From Nitrosopumilus sp. (GTDB lineage: Archaea > Thermoproteota > Nitrososphaeria > Nitrososphaerales > Nitrosopumilaceae), in assembly GCA_965204345.1 (NCBI GenBank), contig OZ241981.1, forward strand, positions 224,001 through 288,000: a stretch of 64,000 nt of DNA. The letters are read 5' to 3'. The notes under the pieces were generated by a model. It was not told the origin of the DNA. It made no database searches and saw only the letters and a program-made list of their open reading frames with translations. This document shows, one piece after another, positions 43,360 through 52,999 of this stretch. The translations under genes and the position numbers were made by a program. The first letter of the stretch is position 1, and each line of letters starts with the position of its first letter.

Positions 43360-44202
43360 TTATTGCTTAACAATGATATCCTCAATCTCATCCAAACGCT
43401 TTAGAATATCCTCTTTTACTGATGCAGACATCTTTCTTGGATCAAACATGCCTTCTCTATTTCCGTCTTTGATAAATTCTAAATCTAAAGTCAGCAGACA
43501 CCCTTCCTCTCCTGCTACCAATCGCGGATCGTCAATTAATACGGGGGATGTTTGGTATGTCTCAACCAAAAGAGAATCCAACTCTGAAAGTAATTTTGTC
43601 TTTTTTTCAGACAGTTTGCTAAAATCCACCCCCATGTCTTTTTCAATCTCTGCAAATACCTTTTCTCTAAATTCATCGTTTTCATAAAATATTTCAAATA
43701 GTTTTTGATGATCAAAATCTCTGTATCCCATCTCTTTTAGTTTGTTTAATACCCGCTGATCACTGCTATCGGATATCTGTTCCTGCTCGTTTTTTGTCAG
43801 ATCTATAATTTCAGATAATTCCTTCTGGCAGTCAATCACCCGCTGAACTGGCTTATAGTATAACAAAACATGAAATTGTAAAGACAGGTGTCCTGACATC
43901 AGATAGTTTCCTTCTTTTGTCTCAAATTTGGTAAAAACCCTTCGAATGTCTTCGTTATTTGTAGCTGAAACGTCTTGGACAGACCAGTTTTTTAGTGAAC
44001 CGCTGATTTTTTCAAAATATTCTACAACAGACTTTGGATCAAATGTTTTTTGCACCGTAATTGTGGAATCTCCCAGCATTACCTTGATTTCAACCATTTT
44101 TGTCAAATCGATCATTTTGCAAAGATATGCCTTTTGAATGGATTCATTTTTTTCATTTAATACCTGAATGAATTCGTTTGGAGATCTAGAGCCTAATCGC
44201 AC
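43360..44202 (-). CDS. Hypothetical protein
   Basis: 280-aa ORF with normal composition. Confidence 0.75.
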   Translation of the reverse strand: MRLGSRSPNEFIQVLNEKNESIQKAYLCKMIDLTKMVEIKVMLGDSTITVQKTFDPKSVVEYFEKISGSLKNWSVQDVSATNNEDIRRVFTKFETKEGNYLMSGHLSLQFHVLLYYKPVQRVIDCQKELSEIIDLTKNEQEQISDSSDQRVLNKLKEMGYRDFDHQKLFEIFYENDEFREKVFAEIEKDMGVDFSKLSEKKTKLLSELDSLLVETYQTSPVLIDDPRLVAGEEGCLLTLDLEFIKDGNREGMFDPRKMSASVKEDILKRLDEIEDIIVKQ

Positions 44203-44431
44203 AAGACATAGCAGATAATCGCTCTCCTTAAACCTTCATCAATATCTAAATAGAGAAAATCTAAAAAGGAACTGGTAAGTTAGCGGGGCATGACTACAAA
44301 TCTTATTCCTGGAAAGCCTCGGGGCTTTTATTTATCTGACTTTATGTGATGGTTCTGTTAACTTATTGAGTATTTGATATCCGATCTTCTTCGTGTTAAC
44401 TGTCGGTACCTAGAAATAAAAAAACTGGTTT

Positions 44432-45376
44432 TTAAAGACTTTTCAGCTTTCTAAGCAAATCCAAATCTGGTGATTTTTCTTGTGCATCATTGATTATTTT
44501 GTATATTTTTTCAAAACGGATTTTTGATTCGGGTTTTTTTACTGGTATATTGTTATGTTTGCAGAACTCATACATTTCTTCAAATACTTTGTTTCTTTTA
44601 AACAATATAACATCAATGCCTTTTTTCTTGAATTGGTTGACCATCATACCTGTAAGATCATCAACTAAAAATAATTGAATGTCTCGTGCAAGTCCTTCAT
44701 CTGCTACTTCTGGATTGCCTATTCCCAATAATTTTAATTCTATTTTATAGAGTCTTTTATCACGATCAATCAATATTCCATCTGTTTCTCTTACGGAGTC
44801 TATTTTTTTCTGGATATCCTTAGTTATTAGTATGAAATTATCCTCTGGTATTTCTAAATGTTTGAATAACGTAAGTAAAATTGAATTTTCTGTTTTCTTT
44901 CCAACCTCACTCCAAGCTCCACCCCTAATGGATGATTTCATTGATGAGACTGCATTTATGAAAATCATGCTTTCAGTTTCGTCTAATCGTATTGATTCGT
45001 TTTTGCATCTTATGTCAATTGAAATTAAATATTTTGTCTCTATTGTTTGTAAAAGTGTTTCAAATGCATTAACATTGTCTTTTCCAACTTCGAAGCAAAT
45101 TCGCTTTGATGTTGAACCACTCATGTTAAGTATTGTCTTTTGATTCAGTCCAGCTAGCCATGCTATTTTTTTCTTATCTTCTGATTTCTCATAATGAGCA
45201 TTTATGATTTGTACCCAGTTTTTGCCCTGTTTTTTATATTCGAAAATATTCTCTATCAATTCATCTACCTGTTTTACGAATCTTTCATTTATTATGGCAA
45301 GAATGTATTTTCTATGGTCTTGAGCTGTAAAAACAGAATGAATTATTTTACTTAGCAGATTGGTGCTATATGTCAT
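44432..45376 (-). CDS. Type II restriction endonuclease, CfrBI-like
   Basis: AGLNQKTI, IRGGAWSEVGK, RETDG...IELKLLGIGNPEVAD. Confidence 0.78.
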   Translation of the reverse strand: MTYSTNLLSKIIHSVFTAQDHRKYILAIINERFVKQVDELIENIFEYKKQGKNWVQIINAHYEKSEDKKKIAWLAGLNQKTILNMSGSTSKRICFEVGKDNVNAFETLLQTIETKYLISIDIRCKNESIRLDETESMIFINAVSSMKSSIRGGAWSEVGKKTENSILLTLFKHLEIPEDNFILITKDIQKKIDSVRETDGILIDRDKRLYKIELKLLGIGNPEVADEGLARDIQLFLVDDLTGMMVNQFKKKGIDVILFKRNKVFEEMYEFCKHNNIPVKKPESKIRFEKIYKIINDAQEKSPDLDLLRKLKSL

Positions 45377-45450
45377 TTTTTATTTGTTCGATTGCATCCA
45401 ATATTCGACTTTGATTATCTTTCAGTCTTTTCTTTGTTGGAATCTTATTG

Positions 45451-46755
45451 TTAATGGATGAACCTGGGTTTTTTTTTGACATGATCCAGAAAATCAAACA
45501 TATATGATGTGACACTGTCATGTATGTTTTTCAAAGAATATGCACAATTGCTATCTTTTTGCAAGATCACTATTTGCTCATCATTGATATTTCCAATCTT
45601 GGAATTTGTGTATTTGGTTGTAGGATCTATATTTCTGAAAAATGTTTTTTTGTGTACAAATCCCCCTACATTAGCATATTTTTCAAATAATTTGTACGGT
45701 TCTATTTTTTCAAACTCTATGGTAGATGTGCCTAAAATAACAGCACAGTAACGATTTTTATCAAGAGCATGATTCATTTTAAATAAAAATTTGAGCATAT
45801 CGCCTAGATACTCACTTAATAATCTAAATCTATTATGGACAAATTTTGAATGACTACCTATTTCATGTTTCCTCAGGTCTTTAAAGTTGTATTCCAAGAA
45901 GTGCATGTTGTACATATGGGTTCTGTGATAATCCAATGCGTTAACATATGGAGGTGAAGTTATCACCAAATCCACACTTCCTTTTTTGAGATATAATTCG
46001 TTGATGTCTTTGTTAAACAATGTTACAGAAGGCCTGTTGTCAATACTATAATTCATGTTAAGAATTTCTTCGTGGATAAATGCTATTTTTTTCTTAAAAA
46101 CTTCCAATATGTTGACTGATTTTTTTGAATTAAACATATACCATAATGTAGAACTGAGTGTCAATCTACACAAATTGGATATTTTAGAATCATTTTGACA
46201 ATTAATGAAATTTTTTATTAATAGAATATGTTTGATATTTTGATTAGAAAGTAAACTGGTGATCTTTCTTTTTGGCAAAATACTAATTTCCTCATTTATC
46301 ATTTTCTTTGTAATTTTAATCTCAAAATCGTCAAATCTTTGCAAGGCTCTTGAAAACTTGATTGGTGATATTGAAGTTGTTTTCATTTTTGATATCAATA
46401 TTGACAGAGGATTCAAATCAGAGCCAATAGAATCACGATTATTCATAAAGGATTCTAGAATTGTAGTACCGCTACCGCAAAATGGGTCTAGCACAATATC
46501 ATTTTTTTTACTTAGATTTTTAATAAGACTACTGGCTATTTGTGGGATGAATCTGGCAGGGTATGGATGTATCTTATGCGTAAGATAAGTCTTTGAATTT
46601 GTAAAATTCCAGTCGATTTTATTCATATCAAAAAATGGTTTTTCAGAAATTAAATCATCCTGTCTTTGTATTGATATATTTTTTTGTACCAAGTTTGGTT
46701 TTGTCTTATTGTCTCTACATTTAACGTTTAATTTGGTCAAATTGATCTCACTCAT
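45451..46755 (-). CDS. DNA amino-methyltransferase (probably m4C); C-terminus probably frameshifted in an A9 tract
   Basis: IHPYPARFIP, DPFCGSGTT, TSPPY; with A8 the frame would run on to 45366 and overlap the REase start. Confidence 0.88.
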   Translation of the reverse strand: MSEINLTKLNVKCRDNKTKPNLVQKNISIQRQDDLISEKPFFDMNKIDWNFTNSKTYLTHKIHPYPARFIPQIASSLIKNLSKKNDIVLDPFCGSGTTILESFMNNRDSIGSDLNPLSILISKMKTTSISPIKFSRALQRFDDFEIKITKKMINEEISILPKRKITSLLSNQNIKHILLIKNFINCQNDSKISNLCRLTLSSTLWYMFNSKKSVNILEVFKKKIAFIHEEILNMNYSIDNRPSVTLFNKDINELYLKKGSVDLVITSPPYVNALDYHRTHMYNMHFLEYNFKDLRKHEIGSHSKFVHNRFRLLSEYLGDMLKFLFKMNHALDKNRYCAVILGTSTIEFEKIEPYKLFEKYANVGGFVHKKTFFRNIDPTTKYTNSKIGNINDEQIVILQKDSNCAYSLKNIHDSVTSYMFDFLDHVKKKPRFIH

Positions 46756-46922
46756 CTCAATGGTTTGACATGGATCACCATTTCACCATCTTTTACGGTG
46801 ATCTCCCAATCCAGTTTATCCTTTTCCTTCAGTTTAAAGTGAGTGGTAATACTTTGTGGAATCGTGGTTCTCAAACTAATGGATGTTGTAGTGGCTTTAT
46901 TGATCGACGTTATATCCCCCAT
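46752..46922 (-). CDS. 56-aa AbrB/MazE-like DNA-binding protein (absent from the ORF track)
   Basis: SLRTTIPQSITTHFKLKEKDKLDWEI; ATGA overlap with the MTase start. Confidence 0.82.
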   Translation of the reverse strand: MGDITSINKATTTSISLRTTIPQSITTHFKLKEKDKLDWEITVKDGEMVIHVKPLR

Positions 46923-47014
46923 AGGTAACTAGATAAGACATTGCCATTTATAGTTACCTACCAATAAGTTACCTATAGTGTTACCTTTATTAATAGGTAA
47001 AGATATAGGTAACT
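46921..47014. promoter_or_regulatory. Divergent promoter region with six AGGTAA(C) operator-like repeats
   Basis: taggtaact, agttaccta twice, gttacctt, taggtaaa, taggtaact within 94 bp. Confidence 0.7.
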
Positions 47015-48148
47015 ATGAATGAAAGAGAAATTAGAGGAAAACAAATTGCAGAAAAACAGGATCAGATTAGACGACTAAATGAAACTCATTATGAGGTTAA
47101 CAGTCAGTCAAGAAGAATAACACATGACGTTGTTGGCACTGAATTAGGCTGGTCTTGCAGCTGCGAGGATCATAATTTTAGAAAAATCTGCTGTAAGCAC
47201 ATTCATGCAGTAGAGATCTCACTTAATCTTCATCAAAAGGTAAAAGATGATGTTGTAATTTCAGAAGTGGTAATTGACTGCTGCAAGTATTGCAAATCAC
47301 AAAATATTGTAAAACGAGGCATACGAAAAAACAAGAGTGGTAATATCCAAATATTCTGCTGTAAGGACTGCACACGCAAATTCTCAATTAATCTAGGTTT
47401 TGAGGGAATGAGGGCAACGCCTGACCAGATAACAATGGCTATGAATTTGCGTTTTAATGGTGAATCCTCACGCAAAGTGGCACATTCATTAACCCTTACA
47501 GGTGTTAAAATATCTCATATCACTGTCCAAAACTGGAACAAGAAATATGTCAATCTCATGGAAAAGTATCTTGATAAGATAACCCCACAAGTAGGTGAAC
47601 AGTGGAGAACAGATGAGTTATACCTGAAAATCAAGGGCGATAAAAAATACCTCTTTGCAATGCTTGATTCAGAAACCAGATTTTGGTTATCTCAAATGGT
47701 GTCAGAACACAAGGGACATGATGATGTATCTCCAATGTTTGTACAAGCTAAAAAGAAAGCAAAGAAAGTTCCTAAAACTCTAATTTCAGACGGAGCTGCA
47801 AACTTTCATCATGCTTGGAAAAAACAGTACAAAGCTAAAAACTATCTTCACAAAAAAACAGAACACCGCAGGCATATACACTTGTCAGGGGATATGAACA
47901 ACAACCAGATGGAATCCTTCAACTCAAACACATTACGAATGAGAGAGAAAGTAACAAGAGGAATCAAAAAAGATGATTCTGCAATACTCAAAGGTATGCA
48001 GATTCACCACAACTACATAAGACCACATCAAGGACTAGATGGAGATACACCAGCAGATAGATCAGGGATTAAAATTATGGGTGATAACAAGTGGAAAACT
48101 ATCATTCAAAATGCATCTTCTAAAAGCCCCGAGGCTTTCCAGGAATAA
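47015..48148 (+). CDS. IS6-family DDE transposase with N-terminal SWIM and zinc-ribbon domains
   Basis: CSC...CKH SWIM; CKYC...CKDC; WRTDELY, ISDG, NNQMESFN; RPHQGL..TPA. Confidence 0.88.
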   Translation: MNEREIRGKQIAEKQDQIRRLNETHYEVNSQSRRITHDVVGTELGWSCSCEDHNFRKICCKHIHAVEISLNLHQKVKDDVVISEVVIDCCKYCKSQNIVKRGIRKNKSGNIQIFCCKDCTRKFSINLGFEGMRATPDQITMAMNLRFNGESSRKVAHSLTLTGVKISHITVQNWNKKYVNLMEKYLDKITPQVGEQWRTDELYLKIKGDKKYLFAMLDSETRFWLSQMVSEHKGHDDVSPMFVQAKKKAKKVPKTLISDGAANFHHAWKKQYKAKNYLHKKTEHRRHIHLSGDMNNNQMESFNSNTLRMREKVTRGIKKDDSAILKGMQIHHNYIRPHQGLDGDTPADRSGIKIMGDNKWKTIIQNASSKSPEAFQE

Positions 48149-48358
48149 GATTTGTACACTGTTCAATCTTAGGGGCTTTTCAACTGGGTGTTAAATTAGG
48201 GTCTTTTTGTGTTAAGTTAGGTGCTTTTCGTATTGAAAAAATAAGTAACTGTTCAAAACTCGGGACATGGAATCAATCTTCTAATCCAAAAGATGACCTA
48301 ATGCATTCTGCGTCATCATTGTAATCTTGGAGAGGGCATGTACTAAATTTACAAAAAA

Positions 48359-49447
48359 TCAGATTCGATCTAAGATTTCTTGTGTATATTTACCATCAAA
48401 TTTTTCGACATTGTCATGCATGCCACAATCAAACACATAGTCACAATATTTCAGGCATTTTCGTGGGTTGCCATTACTTTTTTCATATATTACCTTGAAA
48501 AATTCAGGACTGATAAAAGGCCAAGATTTGTGAGGCAATGTTTCTGCATGATTAGTTCTATTTTCTTTAATTCTGTCCACAAGCAGTATTTCAGTATTTT
48601 TCTCTGAGAGAGGAAGTAACTCAATTTTATTGATTTTTGGATTCACTCTATCCATCCAAGGAATTATTCCACCTCCACCTTTTCTTGCCTCCATGTTTGT
48701 GAGAAATTCCCAACATCCCGGAGTCATGGCAATAATAAAAATTGTTTTTGCAAGAGAGTCAGGATTGTTTCCATATTCATCATAAATCTCCTTAAAGAAA
48801 TACAGTATTGCGTCAATCTGTTTTTGATTGTAAACAGTAACGACATACTCAAACTCATCAATTAGTAAATAGATATTTTCTATTTCTGCATGTTTTAGGA
48901 ATTTGAGAAAGTTATGAAATACAAGCAAGGCATCCCTACTTGTAAGTAGATTTGTTGAGATTCCAAGATCTCTTTTGTCTTTATCAGGCAAAGACTGTCC
49001 ACAAAGCCAATCATATGCAATACGCTTCTGATCCCGTATGCCATTGATGATTTTTTGGAAATTTGCATCAGCTAATCTTTGATCCAAGTTGGAGGATTTG
49101 CTGACAATCTCACACATTTTTGGGTATCCAATGTTTCTAAATGCACGTGTTACGATTGAGTGACCAATCTTTGTTTCGGCTTCACCCTCCACCAAACGCA
49201 TAGTAATAACAAGATTTTTTTGGTTATCTTTGATTTTTTTATCGCCAAGTCTTTCTCTGATTTTTTTAAGAAGTAAAGTTTTGCCAATGCCATAATCTCC
49301 AATAATCAAAAAGGTTCTACTGCCAACAAATTTCTTATCGATGAAATCATCAAGACGCCTCATCTCATCTTTTCTCCCTACAACAGGATAGTCCTGACGT
49401 AAATCATCAAAAAGACCATGTTTTAGATGAAAATCTTCAGCGGTCAT
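48359..49447 (-). CDS. AAA+ ATPase (BrxD/DUF2791- or Orc1/Cdc6-like)
   Basis: Walker A GDYGIGKT, Walker B LLIDEFE, DWLCG, SNGNPR. Confidence 0.8.
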   Translation of the reverse strand: MTAEDFHLKHGLFDDLRQDYPVVGRKDEMRRLDDFIDKKFVGSRTFLIIGDYGIGKTLLLKKIRERLGDKKIKDNQKNLVITMRLVEGEAETKIGHSIVTRAFRNIGYPKMCEIVSKSSNLDQRLADANFQKIINGIRDQKRIAYDWLCGQSLPDKDKRDLGISTNLLTSRDALLVFHNFLKFLKHAEIENIYLLIDEFEYVVTVYNQKQIDAILYFFKEIYDEYGNNPDSLAKTIFIIAMTPGCWEFLTNMEARKGGGGIIPWMDRVNPKINKIELLPLSEKNTEILLVDRIKENRTNHAETLPHKSWPFISPEFFKVIYEKSNGNPRKCLKYCDYVFDCGMHDNVEKFDGKYTQEILDRI

Positions 49448-50271
49448 TTTTCAGAAATTGTCAAAAAATGGTAATAAGTCTTGTTATGAAATATCCCGCC
49501 AACTTGTCGCACACCAGTCTCAGACAGGATAATTTTTTTGTCAGGCTTGTCAGTCATTGTTTTGATCAAATATTCTTTAAAATCCAGCGGTGTAAACCCC
49601 TTGTTCTTTAGTTTGGATGAAACCAGAGATTTGATCGAAGGAATTGATACATAGGTTCCCTTTTCTTTTTTGATTTTTTCGTATTCAGCATACAGTATTT
49701 TTTTAAATTCTTTTGAAGAAACTAGTTGAGGCTTGCTTTCTAATGCTTCTACCATGTTTGAATTAAAATGGTAGATTGGAGGTGAATAGGTCAGCAACTC
49801 ACAGTATGCAAGAAATTGCAACCATCTACGCAATTTGTCATCAGTTTTTTTGACTAGTGTGTCTTGTCTACCTAATTCTTCGACGAGGTCGTTATACTTC
49901 AAGTCTTTTTTTGTTTTTTTAAAAATGTCAAGAATGTGACATTTTTCATTATCTAATTGCAAAAGTATTCTAGATAATTCTTTTTTGTACATTTCAAGAC
50001 TATCGGAGATAGAATAAAGATACTTACCTTCTGGCGTCAATGTCACGTTTTGATTTTCACCTTGCAGTAACCGTAGTTTTCTGAGCGAATGCGTAACTCT
50101 TACTCTGAACGGATCAAGATGAGGGGATGCAATTTGTTTGCTGGTTTTTTTATAATGTTTAAGTGCCAATTGTTCTATCTCTTTGCGATTTCCTACATTT
50201 TCTTCAATTATTTTTAGCATTGGAAGTACATCAGTAGGAGAAATTTTTAGTGCTAGAAGAATGATTTTCAT
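49444..50271 (-). CDS. Hypothetical protein, probable tandem winged-helix DNA-binding protein
   Basis: SLRKLRLL...VTLTPEG wing motif, KLRRWLQFL; ATG 50271 overlaps the upstream stop. Confidence 0.6.
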   Translation of the reverse strand: MKIILLALKISPTDVLPMLKIIEENVGNRKEIEQLALKHYKKTSKQIASPHLDPFRVRVTHSLRKLRLLQGENQNVTLTPEGKYLYSISDSLEMYKKELSRILLQLDNEKCHILDIFKKTKKDLKYNDLVEELGRQDTLVKKTDDKLRRWLQFLAYCELLTYSPPIYHFNSNMVEALESKPQLVSSKEFKKILYAEYEKIKKEKGTYVSIPSIKSLVSSKLKNKGFTPLDFKEYLIKTMTDKPDKKIILSETGVRQVGGIFHNKTYYHFLTISEK

Positions 50272-51239
50272 GAAGATGGCCAACAATGATTAAAGTACGA
50301 ACATGATCTGCATTTTTCATCAGAATCGGGCTTTCCTGGATCCTTCTTGGTTTTCATCTGTTCCAGTAAATTTTGACGTCTTAAAAGAAATGCTTTCCTA
50401 TATCTGTCTTCAATCAAGATGACTTCAGAATTAAAGAAATGTGGAACATTACGTTTGTTTGCAAATTCAGGTGTTACAATCATTCCCAAGTTCATTGATT
50501 TGCCATATATTTTTTCATAAATTAATGCGTACCCACCCAATGTGTTTAGATATTCGTCTTTCCATGGAGGGGACTTGACATCAATGATAATTTTGTTATC
50601 AAACAGGAAATCAGGTTGCGCACTCTTAGTTATTCCAAAAGAGGATACAGTAAAGGAAGGTTTTGAAGCAAATGGAAATAAGTTCATAGACATTAAACTG
50701 ATATTGATATCTTTAGTTATTGATATTTTATAATCCAGCAATGCACTTGCTATTTGTGTCTCATAACGTAATGTTTGCTTTAACAGTAAAATGAAATCAT
50801 CAATTACAGGTTGGCTTGGAGAGTTTATTATTTTTGCCTTCTTGTCTTTGATTAACTTCTCTGCATAATCCATAAAATTACTACTATGAGAATCAAAATC
50901 AGTCATAATGTCGGCATTTTTTAAATTAACCGTATTGAGATAATTATGTAATTTTTTTATAAACTTGTCATACACCTTATCCAATATTTGTCCAGACAGC
51001 ATTTCCCATGTTTGTTCATGTTTTGCCTTAGGGACATACTTGTGCAGATATGCATAACGATCAGTAGGACAATATTTAATTGGAATCTGATTAAAAGGCA
51101 CAGACAAAGCAGATTCTCTAAAATCAGCTGGAACATCATTTTTTGGTCTATATCCACGAATGTGGATTTTATCCTCTGCTATTTTTTCTAATTCCTGGAT
51201 TTTGTTGGAATTAAGATTGTCTAAAACAAGCTTCATCAT
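50268..51239 (-). CDS. Cas4/Csa1-like PD-(D/E)XK nuclease with four Fe-S cysteines
   Basis: IRGY...KYCPTDR (Csa1-like), QPD...IIDVK, LGGYAL, DPG...CRSCSYFNHC. Confidence 0.82.
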   Translation of the reverse strand: MMKLVLDNLNSNKIQELEKIAEDKIHIRGYRPKNDVPADFRESALSVPFNQIPIKYCPTDRYAYLHKYVPKAKHEQTWEMLSGQILDKVYDKFIKKLHNYLNTVNLKNADIMTDFDSHSSNFMDYAEKLIKDKKAKIINSPSQPVIDDFILLLKQTLRYETQIASALLDYKISITKDINISLMSMNLFPFASKPSFTVSSFGITKSAQPDFLFDNKIIIDVKSPPWKDEYLNTLGGYALIYEKIYGKSMNLGMIVTPEFANKRNVPHFFNSEVILIEDRYRKAFLLRRQNLLEQMKTKKDPGKPDSDEKCRSCSYFNHCWPSS

Positions 51240-52447
51240 GGTTTTTTCAATATCACAATGTGTTCATTATAAATCCTGTTCGTAATATTTGCTCTTTTTA
51301 TGCCTAACCTATGAAATTTGATTTCGTCTAACATTTCTAATTTAAAATCAAATCCAGATTCTTCTCCCATACGGCGTAAAAATACATTTAATGGCACTCG
51401 TTGCTCCAATACTTTACTATTACCCACAATAATAGCACAATGTCCTCCGGATTTTAGCACTTTGTAAAATTTGTTCATTATTTCATGTAAATCATTAAAG
51501 TACTGACTAGTTTTAAGCCCATAAGAAGTAGATTTGGAATAAATTTTATCTATGAAATTATCAACCTCTTTGATTTGTGTATACATCAATTCCTTATCCA
51601 TACCAGAACTCAGTTCACCATGAATAGATTTTCGTGCTAATTTTCGATACTCCTCTACTGAACCATTATTTAACCAAAAATTTTCCAGTTTGGTACTACG
51701 AAAATATTCCATTGCAGAAAGATAGGGGGGTGATGTGACAATCATATCTACCCTTCGTCGTAAATTAATTTTTTTGACATCATCGCCAATGATCTGAGCT
51801 TTTGACTTTATATCAGAAATTTCATTTATACGATCAATATTGAAATCCAGTTGTAGTAGAAATTCGTTTAGTACATTAGGTGGGTGTGGTTGTTTTGCTA
51901 ATCTTGGCAGGATATCTCGCGGCTCTGCATTTGATACTTTTTTCACAATTGCAGAAAAACAAATCAAAAGAAAATCACGAATGTCATTATCAGTGTCAAC
52001 ATTATCTATCACATGTTTTATTTTTGCTAAATCATTTTGTGTCTTTTTAGTGAACCAAAAGTCTCGATTTTGAAATTGTGGAACAGTTACTTTTTTAGAT
52101 TTTTTTATATCCAAATAACACTGATGAGATTTTTTTTTAAGTTCGTCAACATCCAGTGGAGTTATTTTTACTTTGGAAATCAATCTAGCAATAGGATTCA
52201 ATTCTATACCAAGTGCATCACGCTGTAATAATATAGATTCCAACAACGTAGTTCCAGAACCACAGAATCCGTCCAAGATTGTATCATGTTCCTTGGAAAA
52301 TTTACTGATAAGATAATTTGGAATATGCGGAATTAATTTTGCAGGATATTTGTGAATGTGATGAGTTGCTCTGGTTCTTTTTGAAAGTTCAGGCATAAGT
52401 TCTTTAAAGTTTATTGGAATCGATTGTTTTTGTAAAAGTATAGACAT
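51236..52447 (-). CDS. DNA amino-methyltransferase (probably m4C)
   Basis: IHKYPAKLIP, DGFCGSGTT, GIELNP, VTSPPY. Confidence 0.9.
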   Translation of the reverse strand: MSILLQKQSIPINFKELMPELSKRTRATHHIHKYPAKLIPHIPNYLISKFSKEHDTILDGFCGSGTTLLESILLQRDALGIELNPIARLISKVKITPLDVDELKKKSHQCYLDIKKSKKVTVPQFQNRDFWFTKKTQNDLAKIKHVIDNVDTDNDIRDFLLICFSAIVKKVSNAEPRDILPRLAKQPHPPNVLNEFLLQLDFNIDRINEISDIKSKAQIIGDDVKKINLRRRVDMIVTSPPYLSAMEYFRSTKLENFWLNNGSVEEYRKLARKSIHGELSSGMDKELMYTQIKEVDNFIDKIYSKSTSYGLKTSQYFNDLHEIMNKFYKVLKSGGHCAIIVGNSKVLEQRVPLNVFLRRMGEESGFDFKLEMLDEIKFHRLGIKRANITNRIYNEHIVILKKP

Positions 52448-52999
52448 AATTTATCTCTCAAATTATTTTAAACTCTGAGTTGTGATCAATAATTGACTTT
52501 ATGATCGAATTTCTGGTCGTATTCTGTTTCTTTTGAATTTCTTTTTTGGGAATCTCTACAATAATTTTTTGACCAATAAAAATAGCAGGCATGCCGACTA
52601 TGCTACTTGTATCATTATTTTTTGTGACATGTTTTTGATAGTTAAAATGTGGATTCATTTTGTAATTCAAGTTTGTAAACCATATTTGTATTTAAGATGA
52701 CTTTGACACAAGATTATCATCAAATCACGGTTTTGCATCAGAACCAAGTTTGATGATACAGATACTTTGCACATCCCAATAATATCCAAAAACAACTTTC
52801 TGGTTCGTTTCTAATTGAAGATAAAGAGATAGTATCTGTTTTGTGTAGTTTATGTAAACAGTTCTCCCCTTGGACATACAACAAGTTTGATGAGGAGGAT
52901 CCAATTGCAGTTACAATATGGAATTTTATTTATTGACCGTGACACTTTAAACATGATATTGTGATTATTATAAATTCAGCCTAGCGATTAAAATAAAAT

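Larger units (their letters stand above)
44295..48156. mobile_element. IS6-family cargo transposon 1 carrying a type II R-M system (true left end may extend to about 44268)
   Basis: Perfect 36-bp inverted repeat 44295-44330 / 48121-48156 encloses REase, MTase, AbrB-like gene and transposase; the transposase stop lies within the right repeat. Confidence 0.8.

Noticed and set aside
44268-44350. Short ORFs reading KPRGF on both strands
   Set aside because: An artefact of the palindromic core of the inverted repeat
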